This document shows, piece by piece, positions 21,373 through 32,845 of a stretch of 64,000 nt of DNA. Origin of the DNA: Cyanidioschyzon merolae (Eukaryota); NCBI GenBank assembly GCA_000091205.1, contig AP006498.2; one strand, given 5' to 3'. The position numbers and the translations under genes were made by a program. Below the pieces are notes generated by a model. The model saw nothing but the letters and a program-made list of their open reading frames with translations. It was not told where the DNA came from and made no database searches. Within the stretch, counting starts at the first letter, position 1; every line of letters begins with the position of its first letter.

Positions 21373-23088
21373 TGGAGGAATATGATGATGTGAATGACCG
21401 ATCACAATTGATATATAAATGCATTGGCGGGTGATGCGCGTTGGCGACATCGCGGCAGCCGAGGCAGCTGGCACCGACCGCGTTGTGACGCAGGCGTTCG
21501 TGATCGCGCTGCGCAGCGGTCTAGTGCGGGCGACTTCCTGAAGTCGTGCTTCCGGTCTCCCGGGTACGACACTGCACCCATCGGGCCGGTTTGCTGTGAG
21601 AGCGCAGCTCTGGACACGGTGGACCGTGGAAATCATCCGAGAAATGGGTACGTTTGAAACCTAAGTGACTGAGAGTGCTCGCAATCGCACGAAATCCCTG
21701 TTAGATCCATCGATCATGTGGGGAGGAATTCCCTCAGTCATTCGAGACTGGGCGGCATCCGCGGTGCGTTCCACCAGCGCAGCGCTATCGGGCTTTCGCA
21801 CGAGTCGACGCGCTCAGCTTCTGCATAACCGGTTTTTCTTGGAGTTGAATCACTTGAACGAACTGGGATTCCCCGGGTATGCCATTTGTGTTGGAAACCT
21901 GTGAAGAGACCGGGTTGCCTTTGAGGCATCTCAACGTTCCGCAGGTCGCATACCAGTGCATCCATCGGGATCTGCGCCTAGACTGATCTAGCGCTTTCCC
22001 TCGTATGCTGAGTCTGTATCCGAAACTGGCTGTGGCGCCAGCATTTTTCTTTTTTGTTTCACAGAAAGCTAACTTAGAGCAGATATGCCTGCGATGACGC
22101 TATCTCATACCCGCACCCAGAAAAGCGTCCGCCACGTATCCAAGCACCGCTTCCCATATTTGCCCGCGAAGATACACATCATTTCCTCCGTTCCACTCTG
22201 TGGCGAGTCTGTCGTGATCCCCATCAATGACACCTATCGCGCCGGTGTGCATGCAGCAAGGATACGAGACGCGTTTACCGTAACACTACGAGCGTCTGCT
22301 CGAGATCTCCGCTCCATAACGAATCATGATAATGATGATATATGTCAGTCAAACGAAAGCGTTTCACGACCGTTGCTAACGAATATATCCCCAAACGCGC
22401 AAACGGCTCCCAGCCTTTTTCGCCCGATCGACTGGTATCGTTTTCAGATTTTATCCCTGCAGAGTTCGAGCCTGAAAGACCGCCCTATAAAGTTCGCTCG
22501 CCTCAGCTCCCCAGGTCTGATCATTAGCACCACACATCGTCTGATGCTGTGTGAAGTCTTGGTTCGGGAACTCCATGCGTATATTCCCGCATGTTGAACT
22601 CATGTTTGCAAGAATTGCTCGAACACGTACCCTCTGTGTCACAAGAATCTTGTCATCGCCCCGTGGGGCAAATACCTTCTATCGTCTATCTCTCCATATT
22701 TTTTTATTCTGATTCTTCGTTCGAAAGTCGGCGAGATGAGGGTTTTTTTTCGTTTTTCCGGCAGCTGGTGATCACGTCCCCGCAGGATCCTCGCCTTTTC
22801 CGTCCATACATTTCCCTCGGATTTTTATTTCTTCGAATCAGCGCACGTCATACATACTTCCTATGAAAAGTAAAAAAGCATTTGATGACACTTACCTGGT
22901 TATGGAACACCCTTTAGTTGAGGCATTACCATCATGGTACACTTGTCAGGAAACAATGCCCCTGTCTCATGCAAATGCAGACGCCTATTGCGCGTCGAAT
23001 CTGCGTCTGCGACTGCTGCGTCGATTGCGCAGTTTTCGAACACGAGCGCTCGCCCCCAGTGCCTCTATTCGAGCGTTAAACTCGGGTT

Positions 23089-24864
23089 ATGACCGAAACA
23101 AACCATAATAGTTTAGGGACGGGAGGGAGACCAGACTCGCCTCCACCCTACGTACCACAGCACATATACTCGCGAGAAGACTTTTTGCTGGTGCGTACCG
23201 CGGCGGCTGACACGGCGGTGAGTCTGGCGCCGTCGTTGCCGGTGGCAAGTCCTCGGGCGAAGGAGCGCTGGACGCTGCGCCTCGTGCACAACGACTGGGG
23301 TGCTGCAGCTGCTTTGCCCTCCTCAGGGTCACACCTTGAACGTACAGGACGTGCAGCGCGCCCGGAGGCTAGTGGACGGCGCCAACGACGCAGTGCACCA
23401 GGTGCTCCTGGAGCAGCGACCTCCGAGCACGCTGTGGTACCGGTTCAGCTGCCTGAGCTTGTCCCTGTGAGTGAAGACTGGCTGAAGCCGCATCCTTTGT
23501 TAGACCTTACTCAAGACATTCCCTTAGAGGAGACCGGCAAGGAAACCAAAGATGGCGACGAGTTCGTGGACGGCTTCCTCGAGCACGCCCGCAAGGGGGA
23601 AGACCTCCTCGTGCTGGACTTTGAAGCACAAGATCAGTCGCAAGGGTCTAGTCTTTTGCCGAGTGTTCAACCGGGCAAGCCACGCAGCACCATCGGCGCT
23701 CGTTCGGCACCCGATGATGCCGAGCTGATCGCACCGCTTCATGATATGCGACTGAGCGGAACAGTGAGCGGATTCTCCGTGGATACAGCTGAGCCGCCCA
23801 AGCATCATGCCCAGTTTGCTGATTCGGAGACACCTGGTGGAAAGACAGGTCCGTGGGCGGGCTCACAGCGACCTGTTGCACAGAGCTGGCATGCCGCACC
23901 AAGCATCGGCACTGCGACCAATGTCTCGAACCAGCGGGAGACGTTCGCTGGAAAACCTCCAGCGGAGACGACTCCTGCCAACCCCCATCCGGCATCTTTT
24001 GGGGATATTGGTATGCTTGAGAGTCGACTTGGTCGGTGGACGCATCGACAGGCCGATGTTGCACCAACTGGTCCCGGCGACCGGAGCGCTCAGGAGTACA
24101 TCCCTGACCGGGGCGCACCAGTTGCAGGCGGCGCCACAAGACGGGAGCAAGACCCCCGTGCAGAGACGCTCTCGCCAAGTGTCCTGGCGTTCTTTAACCA
24201 GGTACGGGCACAGGCTGCAGTTTCGAATCCACCGTCTCGTGTGATGGAGACGACGTCTGATCAGCAGTACGCAGCAGTGACAACGCATCCGAGACCGGAG
24301 TCTGGAACGCGTTTCCCCGCAGATGCAGACCCCAGTCTCTACGCATTATTCGGTAGATATCCTGTGCCGCCACTGAGTCAGCTGGGTCCACCGCCGGGAT
24401 TCGGGTTTCCACCGCACCTGGAACAAAGCGGTGTTATGGACATGCAGTCAAATTTTGAACAGCAACGGCAACGACCGCAGCACGTTGCACGAGGACTGCA
24501 TATCCCGCAGCCGCAGCCGCAGCCGCAACAGCCGCCACAGTCGCAACTCCCCACGCTCAATGTTCCGTATCAAGAAGCGTTCCCAGTGCGAGGCGGGCCC
24601 CCGTCGGGATCCACGTTGGGTGCTTTAGTCCCAAACTCGGAACTAGATCCATCGCGAACAGGTCATATTCCGCAACCAGTCTTCATCCAAACGAGTTCGT
24701 GGATATCAGGGCCCGCTCAGAACGGTCCATTCGGTCCACTGGATACGTTCCCGAATGGTCCTGTTCCGTTTGACGCGCAAGCACCCTATGCACAAAGCAC
24801 CGACCCGGCCAATCGACATTTTCGTGATCAGAAATGGCCACCGAATCTGTCTTATCAGCCATAG
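23089..24864 (+). CDS. Hypothetical P/Q/S-rich low-complexity protein.
   Basis: ATG start and a 591-codon ORF. PQPQPQPQQPPQSQ and proline-rich tracts throughout, with no recognisable domain. A T-rich low-complexity tract upstream (22680-22760) may be its promoter region. Confidence 0.35.
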   Translation: MTETNHNSLGTGGRPDSPPPYVPQHIYSREDFLLVRTAAADTAVSLAPSLPVASPRAKERWTLRLVHNDWGAAAALPSSGSHLERTGRAARPEASGRRQRRSAPGAPGAATSEHAVVPVQLPELVPVSEDWLKPHPLLDLTQDIPLEETGKETKDGDEFVDGFLEHARKGEDLLVLDFEAQDQSQGSSLLPSVQPGKPRSTIGARSAPDDAELIAPLHDMRLSGTVSGFSVDTAEPPKHHAQFADSETPGGKTGPWAGSQRPVAQSWHAAPSIGTATNVSNQRETFAGKPPAETTPANPHPASFGDIGMLESRLGRWTHRQADVAPTGPGDRSAQEYIPDRGAPVAGGATRREQDPRAETLSPSVLAFFNQVRAQAAVSNPPSRVMETTSDQQYAAVTTHPRPESGTRFPADADPSLYALFGRYPVPPLSQLGPPPGFGFPPHLEQSGVMDMQSNFEQQRQRPQHVARGLHIPQPQPQPQQPPQSQLPTLNVPYQEAFPVRGGPPSGSTLGALVPNSELDPSRTGHIPQPVFIQTSSWISGPAQNGPFGPLDTFPNGPVPFDAQAPYAQSTDPANRHFRDQKWPPNLSYQP

Positions 24865-25199
24865 CGCGATGATTGATTTGGATTACGAAGGAACCTTGCT
24901 TCCAGCGAACTGCACCCGCGCTTTCTAGGTTCCTTGTAAAAAATCTCTGGGACTACTCCTCCGAGCGCTATCATGTTTGAATCATACGAGAAGCGGGCGC
25001 TAGCTGGTTGTTGCGCTCATTCCGGAGCGCGAGGCGCACCCGATCACTACGACCTGTTGATAGGGGGTACAATCCGCGAATACCCCAGCGGGTACCGTGT
25101 CATCTATCATGGTAGGATTCCAAGCGGGACGCTGAACGAATCGCTGTGTTCCTGCCTTTCGACTTTATTCCGAAAGCTTTTTAGGTGATACTTAGTTTC

Positions 25200-26530
25200 G
25201 ACATCCGAGGAGCAGCACAAAGGGCGTGCGCGTTCATACGGACTTTCAGGCATGTAGAATGCGTTTTCATTGAGAATCCTTCGACTCCTTACCGCTGGCA
25301 TTCGTTAGGATACAGGAACCGAGATGGTTCACGGCGCCAACGACCGTGGGTTTGTCAAATAATCGATATCGTTATCCTGCTCATGCGCAGGGGTCCCCAT
25401 GCGTCTCGATCCCGTTGGTCAGGCATACTGGAATCACGCATTCTTCAAATATTCGATCGTACTGGTTCAAAGCAACTCGTGGGCACAGCTATTCATGCCT
25501 CAGGACTGACGAAGAAAACGATTCGACGACGTTTCTCGACGACTTGTTCACACGCTCGTGCAGAAAGTTCACTGAGCCTGTCACGTCTATTTATAGATTC
25601 CTTTTGAAAGACAGATCCCCCGTGACCTAATGGCCATCTAAAAAACGGGGTATGCTCTCTGAGGCTGCCGTCTCTTCTGTTTTCTTGGAAAGGGCTTGGA
25701 TGCGGGTCCAAGTCACCGCTGCGATCGCTTCCAGTGGAGCGTGCTTCAGCGTTGTGTAGCTAGGGTATGTAAAAGGATCGACATTGTTCGAATGGGTACC
25801 AAGCTCAGATTTTCCTTCCGGTACCTGCCTCGTTATGGACAATATCGTGTTCCGCAAATCCGATTGTTTTAGGGAAAACGGCATAGAGTGGATTATGGGT
25901 TATCTTGGTGACTACGAGTTATTCTCAATGGCCCGACTCGAATCGGAACATGCTCAGGGCCGTCAGGAACGAACCTGGAGTCAACATATGCGTATCTCAG
26001 CAACTCTGGGCCTCCTCTTCGATCCGAGCTGGTGCCTCGTGCTCGTACCGCCACGGCTATGCGCACTGGGCTCATCGGAGTGTGCTTTCCGCCATTCGAT
26101 CGTATTTTCGGATCGAAGAGTTCCGTAGAAGCATGAAGATCAGTGTTGAACGGGGCACAAAAAGTATGTATTGCACGGTTGGCAGTGGCGGTGCAACACC
26201 CATGCGTACCAGGCACCTCAGTAGAACAATTCAGTGCGAGCAAGAAAGATTTCCGGGGGTGTTTCGGAAACAGCTGCATAGCATCTTCAAAGAACATCGC
26301 CACTCCCGGAGAAAACGCGTTTGCTGCGAAATGCTTATCGCCTGGTCGTCCGTATTTGAGTGTCAACATGAGCAATTGGGCAAAAACGCGTAAACGAAAC
26401 ATGTCGAGATTTTTCTCCTCGTCAATTCGGAGACGTGCGCTGCTCCGTCCACGAGTTGCCCATACAAAGAAAGGTCGAAATTTTTGTACAATGCGTGATT
26501 TTATCATGCTCCTCATCAGGCAATAAGAAT
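25200..26530 (+). mobile_element. Family-Y TnpB/Fanzor-like element, copy B (decayed). Boundaries are approximate.
   Basis: Shares the upstream blocks caaataatcgatatcgttatcc, caactcgtgggcacagc and gacgacttgttcacacgctcgtgcagaaagttcactgagcctgtcacgtc with copy D, and ccgtctcttctgttttcttggaaagggcttgg plus tgcgatcgcttccagtggagcgtgc with copies A, D and E. The downstream segment ggatcgacattgttcgaatggg...ccttccggtacctgcctcgttatggacaatatcgtgttccgcaaatccgattg is homologous to copies A and D. ORF 25905-26393 has a degenerate zinc-ribbon-like stretch, CEQERFPGVFRKQL...EHRHSRRKR. Confidence 0.45.
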
Positions 26531-27571
26531 AGTGGAGGTTAGTCCTTAAGGCTTGGATGATTACATAGGTTATGGTACGAGCTCGTGTTCGACGGCATCG
26601 CAAACCATCTTTACGTCGTTGAGGATATGAATTCCAGGGCCAAAAGCGCCGAGGAAGCCACTCGAAAAAATGAACCGAAAAGTCTACACCTATGGGTGAG
26701 TTTGTAAACCTTTATTGCTGCATTTCGAATTCCGAGCCTGCATATCTCAAAAAGTTTCGAAAATGTCGACATGCAGGAATAGCATGCATAGGACAGTGTC
26801 GCATTTTACTCTGCATTGATCCTAGTTCGCGGTCGATGCTTTCGTACTGCACTCTCCCAGTGTAGGATACCGGCAACGAGTGGCATTGCAGCAACATGCA
26901 AACTGTTCGACACCCGACCACGTTACAGTATGCACGAGCTTCGACAGTTCCGGGAATGTGGTGTACCTTCGATCACGAAATGCGCTCGCTCTAGCGATAC
27001 AAGGTCAAAGCGCCAGTTAATGATCGACTTGTTCTCGACTTGTCTTGCCCAGCGATGCATCTCGGTGCCAAAGCGGCCCGTAATGTACATGATACTGTAG
27101 ATCAACAACCGGAGCTCCCAATGCTGCGAATCCACGTGGTCGCTCTTTTCGGAATACGGCGGCAGTCGAGCTTCCTCTCATTGCGATTTCGATCACCTCG
27201 AAGGCGCTCGCTCACGAGACACGTCATACCGGTCGGTCCTCGCGGTGCCGAGACCACGCTTTCGACAGATCGTATAACATCCCGCAAGATGCTCCGTTCG
27301 TGCGACAGATGTTATCCCGTTCACCATCTTTGCGAGCAGACTGTGCGCTACCGCTCGATCTAACGCAGTCTCGCGAGACGCTGTGTTCGTGTGACGGACG
27401 CTGTCGTGTTCGCGATCACAGCGCCGGAGCACCGCGTTTCCAAAGGCCGCATTGCAGCGTCAATGCACCTTCGTAGGCAACGATCGGTGCCCCGTAGAAG
27501 CTGTCCAACGCGCTGATGTTCTCCAGGACACCGTCAAATGCACAGACGTCCGCCCAAGCATCGTCATTTGT

Positions 27572-28021
27572 TTAGGGCGCCGTTTTCGGGCCTGCTCCAG
27601 ACGGCAACTCCCAGCGAATGATTGTACGTAACGCCTGGTTCAGGTCTCCGTTTGCTTCGCGTAACAGCTGCTCAGCCTCAGCTTTGGATACGTATACGGC
27701 ATTGGCTAGCTCTGCAATATCCGCATCCGAGACGCGCACGGCAGCGAGTTGCTTGCGCCGAAGCGCTTGTGACTCCAGTTGTCTCAGTGTCTTGTCGCTC
27801 AGGCGGAGTTTTGGCAAGTCGTCGGAGGCCGCTCGAAGCAGGCGTGCTACTTGAGCCTCATCAGCGGACTCGTCTCCCTCAGGCCCAGTCTCCGTGAGTT
27901 GTGCGATGTCCCGCTCCGTTTGACTTCGTTCACTGCGTGCTGTCGACTTTTGCGTAGCTTCCCGAGCGGCAGCATCACGCTCTTCGCTGCTTACTGGTGG
28001 AAGCTTTGTTTCCGCACTCAT
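27572..28021 (-). CDS. HYPK-like / NAC-type UBA-domain protein.
   Basis: Re-set to the first ATG, because the track start at 28105 is TTG. The acidic region is followed by the C-terminal SDADIAELANAVYVSKAEAEQLLREANGDLNQALRTII, matching the UBA-like fold of HYPK and NAC-alpha (..eDi.li...m.vSra.AE.aLre..Gd...Al..l). Confidence 0.45.
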   Translation of the reverse strand: MSAETKLPPVSSEERDAAAREATQKSTARSERSQTERDIAQLTETGPEGDESADEAQVARLLRAASDDLPKLRLSDKTLRQLESQALRRKQLAAVRVSDADIAELANAVYVSKAEAEQLLREANGDLNQALRTIIRWELPSGAGPKTAP

Positions 28022-28742
28022 GACGACGCGACGCTCCCGTGCTTGCGTTCGACGACGTGCAGCTCTTGAAACGCTGTAGCACCACGTCAATCCCAGGAGC
28101 GTCAACGAAACTTTGCACGATTCGTTATACCGCGTTCAATGAATCGTAAGTACACTGTGATACAAAGATTCGAGATATTGATCGACAAAAACTCACCAGG
28201 TTTACACCAAACACATAGCTATGTACGTCGCCGTACGCTGTGAAAGGTCGTTAGCAATCACTCATCAACATTGCTCGCTTTGCAGCGTCGCTTGCGGACG
28301 TGTTCTCGGACGTTGCTACGCACCGTAACGGAGGATCGTGTTGATACGCGTTCATCCTGCCGATTTCGGCAGGACGAGACGCTTGAAGGCAATAGAGCGA
28401 GTGGACACGAGTTGCTGACGCGAAACTGGCGCACGAAAAGGTTCTAAGCGGTGCGTTGTTTGGTAAAAGACGCCAAGCGGGTGCCATAGATTTTGCATCC
28501 GCTTTGCAGAGACGAAACTGGCAAACAAAACGATTTAGAGGTTTACTTTCCGCAAAGAAGAACGCCTGGTACCGGTGGTAGTAGTTCATAAACTGTATCC
28601 AGCGGAGAGGCAGGATTTCTAGGAAAACAGAGTAACGATACGGCTGGAAAAGGTGGCGCTCTTTGCACGAGTTCCACCGGCCTTGGAAGCGTTGCAAGAG
28701 TGCGCATCCATCAGCACAACGCGCGGTGTGTGTAAGGTGTTC

Positions 28743-29783
28743 ATGGATGGCCATGAGTACTCGCAGCTCGCTTCCAAAATCCCTTGCTTTCTCACGAACA
28801 TGCATGGCTTTCTGTCGATCCATGACCTTCCTCAACAACAGCTCCGGTTCACAAGACAACGTGAAAGACAATGGCGACTCGCTGCCGCAGCTTGCCGCAC
28901 GTGCACCCGTCTGACCTGGCCACCACGGTACGCTACGCAACGAACGCGCACTGCAACACTCATGGCAACGTTCGATGTTCCGACGAGAAGCTTTCCTGTA
29001 CCTGAGAAGACGCGTACGTACCTCCGGAGGCAGCCGCTCATTGTCTGCATTCGGCTCAAGAGCTTCATCCTGGACCAGTATGCAGGCGCTCGAGATGCAC
29101 TTGAGGCGCAACGCAAGAGGTTGCTGACGCTTGCCGCGGGCCATGGTGTTGAACTAACCGACCAGGAGAGCCAAACTGCCGCAATGATCATTCAGATCGT
29201 TGAAACTCTTCAGAATGCGGGTCTACACAACTTCGAAATCACCATGGACATGCCAGGAGTGGAATGGGCACTCCGCTACCTTCACGAAACGAGAGGCACA
29301 AGCATCCTCCTGGGTGCAGGCACTGTGCTCCACGCGAGTCAGCTGGAAAGGGCGATCGCCTGCGGCTGCCGCTTTACCATGTCGCCTGTGTTCCTACCCG
29401 GACGATCTGAGCAACTCATTGCTTATGCTCGCGAGCACAATGTCCTGTTCATACCGGGTGCTGCAACTCCTTCGGAGTGCGTTCAGGCCTCGCTAGCTCT
29501 TGGGGAATATCAGCCTGTGAAGGTGTTCCCCGCTGATGTCGTCGGTGGCCTGCGATTTATTCGGGCACTGGCAGGCCCCTTGAGTCATATTCCCCTGATC
29601 CCAACCTCGGGCGTAACCTTTGACGTCGTTGAAGACTACCTATCTGCAGACAATGTGTACGCAGTTGGTGTGTCACAGCAGATCCTTCCGACCTCACGTC
29701 TACTGGCTGGCGACTGGCCTCAGATTCACCGTCTGGCCTGCGTTTGGCGGAAAGCCGTGGAGTCTGCCGCCCCGAGTCCATGA
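28743..29783 (+). CDS. eda: KDPG / KHG aldolase (Eda family, class I aldolase). The start is ambiguous.
   Basis: The C-terminal roughly 215 aa are colinear with Eda: LLTLAAGHGVEL..AAMIIQIVETLQNAGLHNFEITMDMPG, ILLGAGTVLHASQLERAIACGCRFTMSPVF, LFIPGAATPSECVQASLALGEYQPVKVFPADVVGG..FIRALAGPLSHIPLIPTSGV. The track start at 28653 is GTG; in-frame ATGs lie at 28743 and 28962. The N-terminal extension of 70-145 aa precedes the aldolase fold. This CDS overlaps an antisense ATG-initiated ORF at 28251-29144 that has no recognisable domain. Confidence 0.6.
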   Translation: MDGHEYSQLASKIPCFLTNMHGFLSIHDLPQQQLRFTRQRERQWRLAAAACRTCTRLTWPPRYATQRTRTATLMATFDVPTRSFPVPEKTRTYLRRQPLIVCIRLKSFILDQYAGARDALEAQRKRLLTLAAGHGVELTDQESQTAAMIIQIVETLQNAGLHNFEITMDMPGVEWALRYLHETRGTSILLGAGTVLHASQLERAIACGCRFTMSPVFLPGRSEQLIAYAREHNVLFIPGAATPSECVQASLALGEYQPVKVFPADVVGGLRFIRALAGPLSHIPLIPTSGVTFDVVEDYLSADNVYAVGVSQQILPTSRLLAGDWPQIHRLACVWRKAVESAAPSP

Positions 29784-30426
29784 TTACGGAACACTGCCGC
29801 ACCGGCGACTGCAGGCAGAAGCGACGACACGTTCTCCTGGTGACTGACCAGGTGCAAAGGTAAAGCGGACACTGCTGCTCCATATCCATTTCCCTAAATG
29901 GCGAAAGAGCGCCCGTCGTCCGCAGAAAAATGCCCCGTATTCCGCAAAGAGGTCGATGCAGATTTTGAGAGGGATTTCCATTGCGGCCACTGGCAGTGCG
30001 AGTTGCATGCACCACAGAACCCAGTGACGCTCGCACCAGCGAGCTCGATTACGGTGAACAAGCAGTCCCGCAGCAGCACCCAGCTTAGATGAACACAACA
30101 CGAGCCTGTCTCAAATCGAAACGATCTGGTCGCAAGACAACCATCTGAGAGGCGTTCGTTGGCCTCCGCCTAACCTCAAGCCAATGCTCAGCGGCAACCG
30201 TTCCGGTCGTATCCCGAGTGCACCCAGACGTATCAATGGGCGCTTGCTAGCGCACGATGTTCGAGATGTCTTCGACCAAGCGGATAAGTGCCTTTTCGCC
30301 GCTGAAACACCTAGTGCAGTCTATGCACTTCCGGGCTCTGCAAGTGTTGTTGTTGGCACACACACACATCCCCGGAAACTAGCACGCAATCCAATGCTGC
30401 GGCTCTATCGCCATTGCCCACAGGAC

Positions 30427-30810
30427 TCATCGGAAAAGTCGCAGTTTAGGAAAGTACCCTCGAAGCCGAGACCGCGGCCCCGGTGCGGTTGCCAACGCAG
30501 TGGAAACGGCTTCGGGTTGCTCGGTCCAGACAACGTGCTCGATTCCATCGACCTCAAGCGCCTGCGCAATATCCTGTATCGCCTTCTCGTCAGGTGCTTC
30601 TAATACCAATGTCCGCATCTGTGTACCTTGAGCTTCCTCACAGTAAAGCTGAACATGAGGGCTCTGTTCCCGAAAACGCCACACTGCAGCAACCGCAGCG
30701 TGAACGCCTTGCGCTATAACAGCTCCAGTCGGCCAGTTGAACGGTGCCTGTAATAGATCACGTCGGACGACAACGTACTGCACCAGTGGATCCGTAGATT
30801 GGCTCATCAT
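30427..30810 (-). CDS. PTRHD1-like putative peptidyl-tRNA hydrolase (PTH2-related).
   Basis: Track start 31002 is TTG. In-frame ATGs lie at 30933 and 30810, and I chose the ATG giving a PTRHD1-sized product. DPLVQYVVVRRDLLQAPFNWPTGAVIAQGVHAAVAAVW...LVLEAPDEKAIQDIAQALEVDGIEHVVWTEQPE..STALATAPGP...YFPKLRLFR is colinear with human PTRHD1 ([35 protein letters not shown]...[33 protein letters not shown]...YLKKFRLFK). Confidence 0.6.
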   Translation of the reverse strand: MMSQSTDPLVQYVVVRRDLLQAPFNWPTGAVIAQGVHAAVAAVWRFREQSPHVQLYCEEAQGTQMRTLVLEAPDEKAIQDIAQALEVDGIEHVVWTEQPEAVSTALATAPGPRSRLRGYFPKLRLFR

Positions 30811-31366
30811 CGTCAGGTTGCCCGCAAAAACGTTTCTTCGACGGGAGCAGATGCACTTTTTCGGCGGGGATAGCCAATGCGTCGTCCAAGGAACGATCCA
30901 GCCACAGCTCCGCCAAGGTGCGCTCCTGACCATGCACGAGCAGCTGGAGTAGCAGCAGTGAGCAGCGAGCGAAGAAGCACTAGGAGAGGTAGTCGCAAGC
31001 AACAGCTTCGGCTGCTAAAGCCAGCAGGGCGCTTTCGCTATCACACCCTGCGAACGCTTTTTAGCGTGTATCAGAGACAGTTGTTTCTCAAAAATCAAAA
31101 AAAAGCTTGCCTCAACAAGAAGCTCTATCTTAATGTAGAGGCTGCTGCTGAAATGACGAATGTTCATGCAATCGTCTCGTCGGGTGCACTGGCGTTTGAG
31201 GCACTCGCGCCCGACTGGCCACCGACTTGGCTTCTGGGGCGGTATCGCTACCTCGTTTCAACCGCGCAAGACGACGCTTACGAGACCTCGGGAGCGTTGA
31301 ACGCTACCTCCAAATCTTGCCAACAATTCACGACGTTTTCTGTGAGGATATTTCGCCGCCCCCTCA

Positions 31367-32845
31367 ATGGAGCGAGGAATCCCGGAGGAGATACTGCGAG
31401 AGTCGACAGACGCCATCGCACAGCGTGCACGTCTCATTGAAAACGAGGTGCGTGAACTCCGGCGTGAGGAAGAACGGCTTCGTCGCGAAATCCAATCCCT
31501 AAACGAGAGAGTGAAAGAGAATGAGGAGAAGATCAAGCTCAACGCTCAGTTACCGTTCTTAGTCGCGCATGTTGTGGAAGTGCTCACGCCGGCCGCTTTG
31601 AAGCGAGCGCCCCCGTCGCTCACCGGGCCAGGAACGCAGAGTGCGCCACACGCTGAGACGGCCTTAGCAACGCAGCCGAATGGTAGTGTTTCGGAAACTC
31701 AAGGCGAAGCAAGGAACCAGCGTTTGGGCTCGGGTGCACGCGGAGGGAGCGACCTCATCAACCGGAGCTCCGGTATCACCAGCGAGACCCAGACCCCGGG
31801 CGCTGCCGATCACGAAGACGACCTTGACGACGCTGAGGAGGATGAAGGCGCTGCTCAAGAGTCGGATGCCAATCAGCAGTCACCTGCGGTCGTTGTGAAG
31901 ACTTCCACCCGACAAACAGTGTTTTTGCCCATCCCTGGACTGGTTGATGTCTCCGAGCTCCGCCCTGGTGACCTCGTCGGGGTCAACAAGGACAGCTATT
32001 TGATTCTTGAAAAGCTTCCCGAAGAGTACGACGCACGAGTAAAGGCCTTTGAGGTCGATGAAAGGCCCACGGAAGATTTCGCCGACATTGGCGGCTTGGA
32101 CAAGCAGATCGAGGAAGTAATCGAAGCTGTTGTGCTGCCGATGACGCACAAACACTTGTTTGAACGGGTGGGAATCAAGCCCCCAAAAGGGGTGCTCATG
32201 TATGGCCCGCCTGGAACTGGAAAGACGCTCCTTGCTCGCGCGTGTGCAGCACAAACCAAAGCCACATTTCTGAAACTAGCGGGAACCTCACTCGTTCAGA
32301 TGTTTATCGGAGATGGTGCCCGTCTTGTGCGAGATGCATTCGCACTGGCAAAGAAAAAGGCGCCGTCTATCATTTTCATCGATGAACTGGATGCAATTGG
32401 TACGAAACGTTTCGATTCAGATCGCAGTGGTGATCGCGAAACACAACGCACCATGCTCGAGTTGTTGAACCAACTTGATGGATTCGATCAGAACGATGAC
32501 GTTCGCGTCCTTGCTGCGACGAACAGACCAGATATCCTGGATGCAGCACTGATGCGTAGCGGTCGACTCGATCGGAAGATCGAGTTTCCCCATCCCGATG
32601 AAGCTGCTCGGGCGCGGATTCTGCGCATCCATTCACGGAAGATGAACGTTCACCCTGACGTATCCTACGAGGAACTTGCTCGCTCAACAGACGATTTTAA
32701 CGCAGCAATGTTGAAGGCGGTTTGCGTGGAAGCTGGGATGGCGGCGTTGCGTGCGGATCGAAAGGTTGTGATTCACGAGGATTTCATCGATGGGATTGCG
32801 GCTGTGCAAGCGAAGAAGAAAATGAGTTTGAACTACTATGCGTGA
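31367..32845 (+). CDS. RPT5: 26S proteasome regulatory subunit Rpt5 (6A, PSMC3-type AAA ATPase) with an acidic low-complexity insertion.
   Basis: ATG start. Walker A motif [32 protein letters not shown] and the C-terminus [17 protein letters not shown] (Rpt5 ends in NYYA/QYYA). The N-terminal coiled coil [22 protein letters not shown] and the OB segment [20 protein letters not shown] match Rpt5. About 90 aa ([23 protein letters not shown]...[26 protein letters not shown]) replace the roughly 24-aa acidic linker of other Rpt5 proteins. Confidence 0.9.
   Translation: MERGIPEEILRESTDAIAQRARLIENEVRELRREEERLRREIQSLNERVKENEEKIKLNAQLPFLVAHVVEVLTPAALKRAPPSLTGPGTQSAPHAETALATQPNGSVSETQGEARNQRLGSGARGGSDLINRSSGITSETQTPGAADHEDDLDDAEEDEGAAQESDANQQSPAVVVKTSTRQTVFLPIPGLVDVSELRPGDLVGVNKDSYLILEKLPEEYDARVKAFEVDERPTEDFADIGGLDKQIEEVIEAVVLPMTHKHLFERVGIKPPKGVLMYGPPGTGKTLLARACAAQTKATFLKLAGTSLVQMFIGDGARLVRDAFALAKKKAPSIIFIDELDAIGTKRFDSDRSGDRETQRTMLELLNQLDGFDQNDDVRVLAATNRPDILDAALMRSGRLDRKIEFPHPDEAARARILRIHSRKMNVHPDVSYEELARSTDDFNAAMLKAVCVEAGMAALRADRKVVIHEDFIDGIAAVQAKKKMSLNYYA

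Noticed and set aside
28251-29144. A 297-codon ATG-initiated minus-strand ORF.
   Set aside because: It has no recognisable domain and overlaps the N-terminal part of the Eda reading frame, which is needed for a complete aldolase fold. I treat it as probably spurious but flag the ambiguity in the findings.
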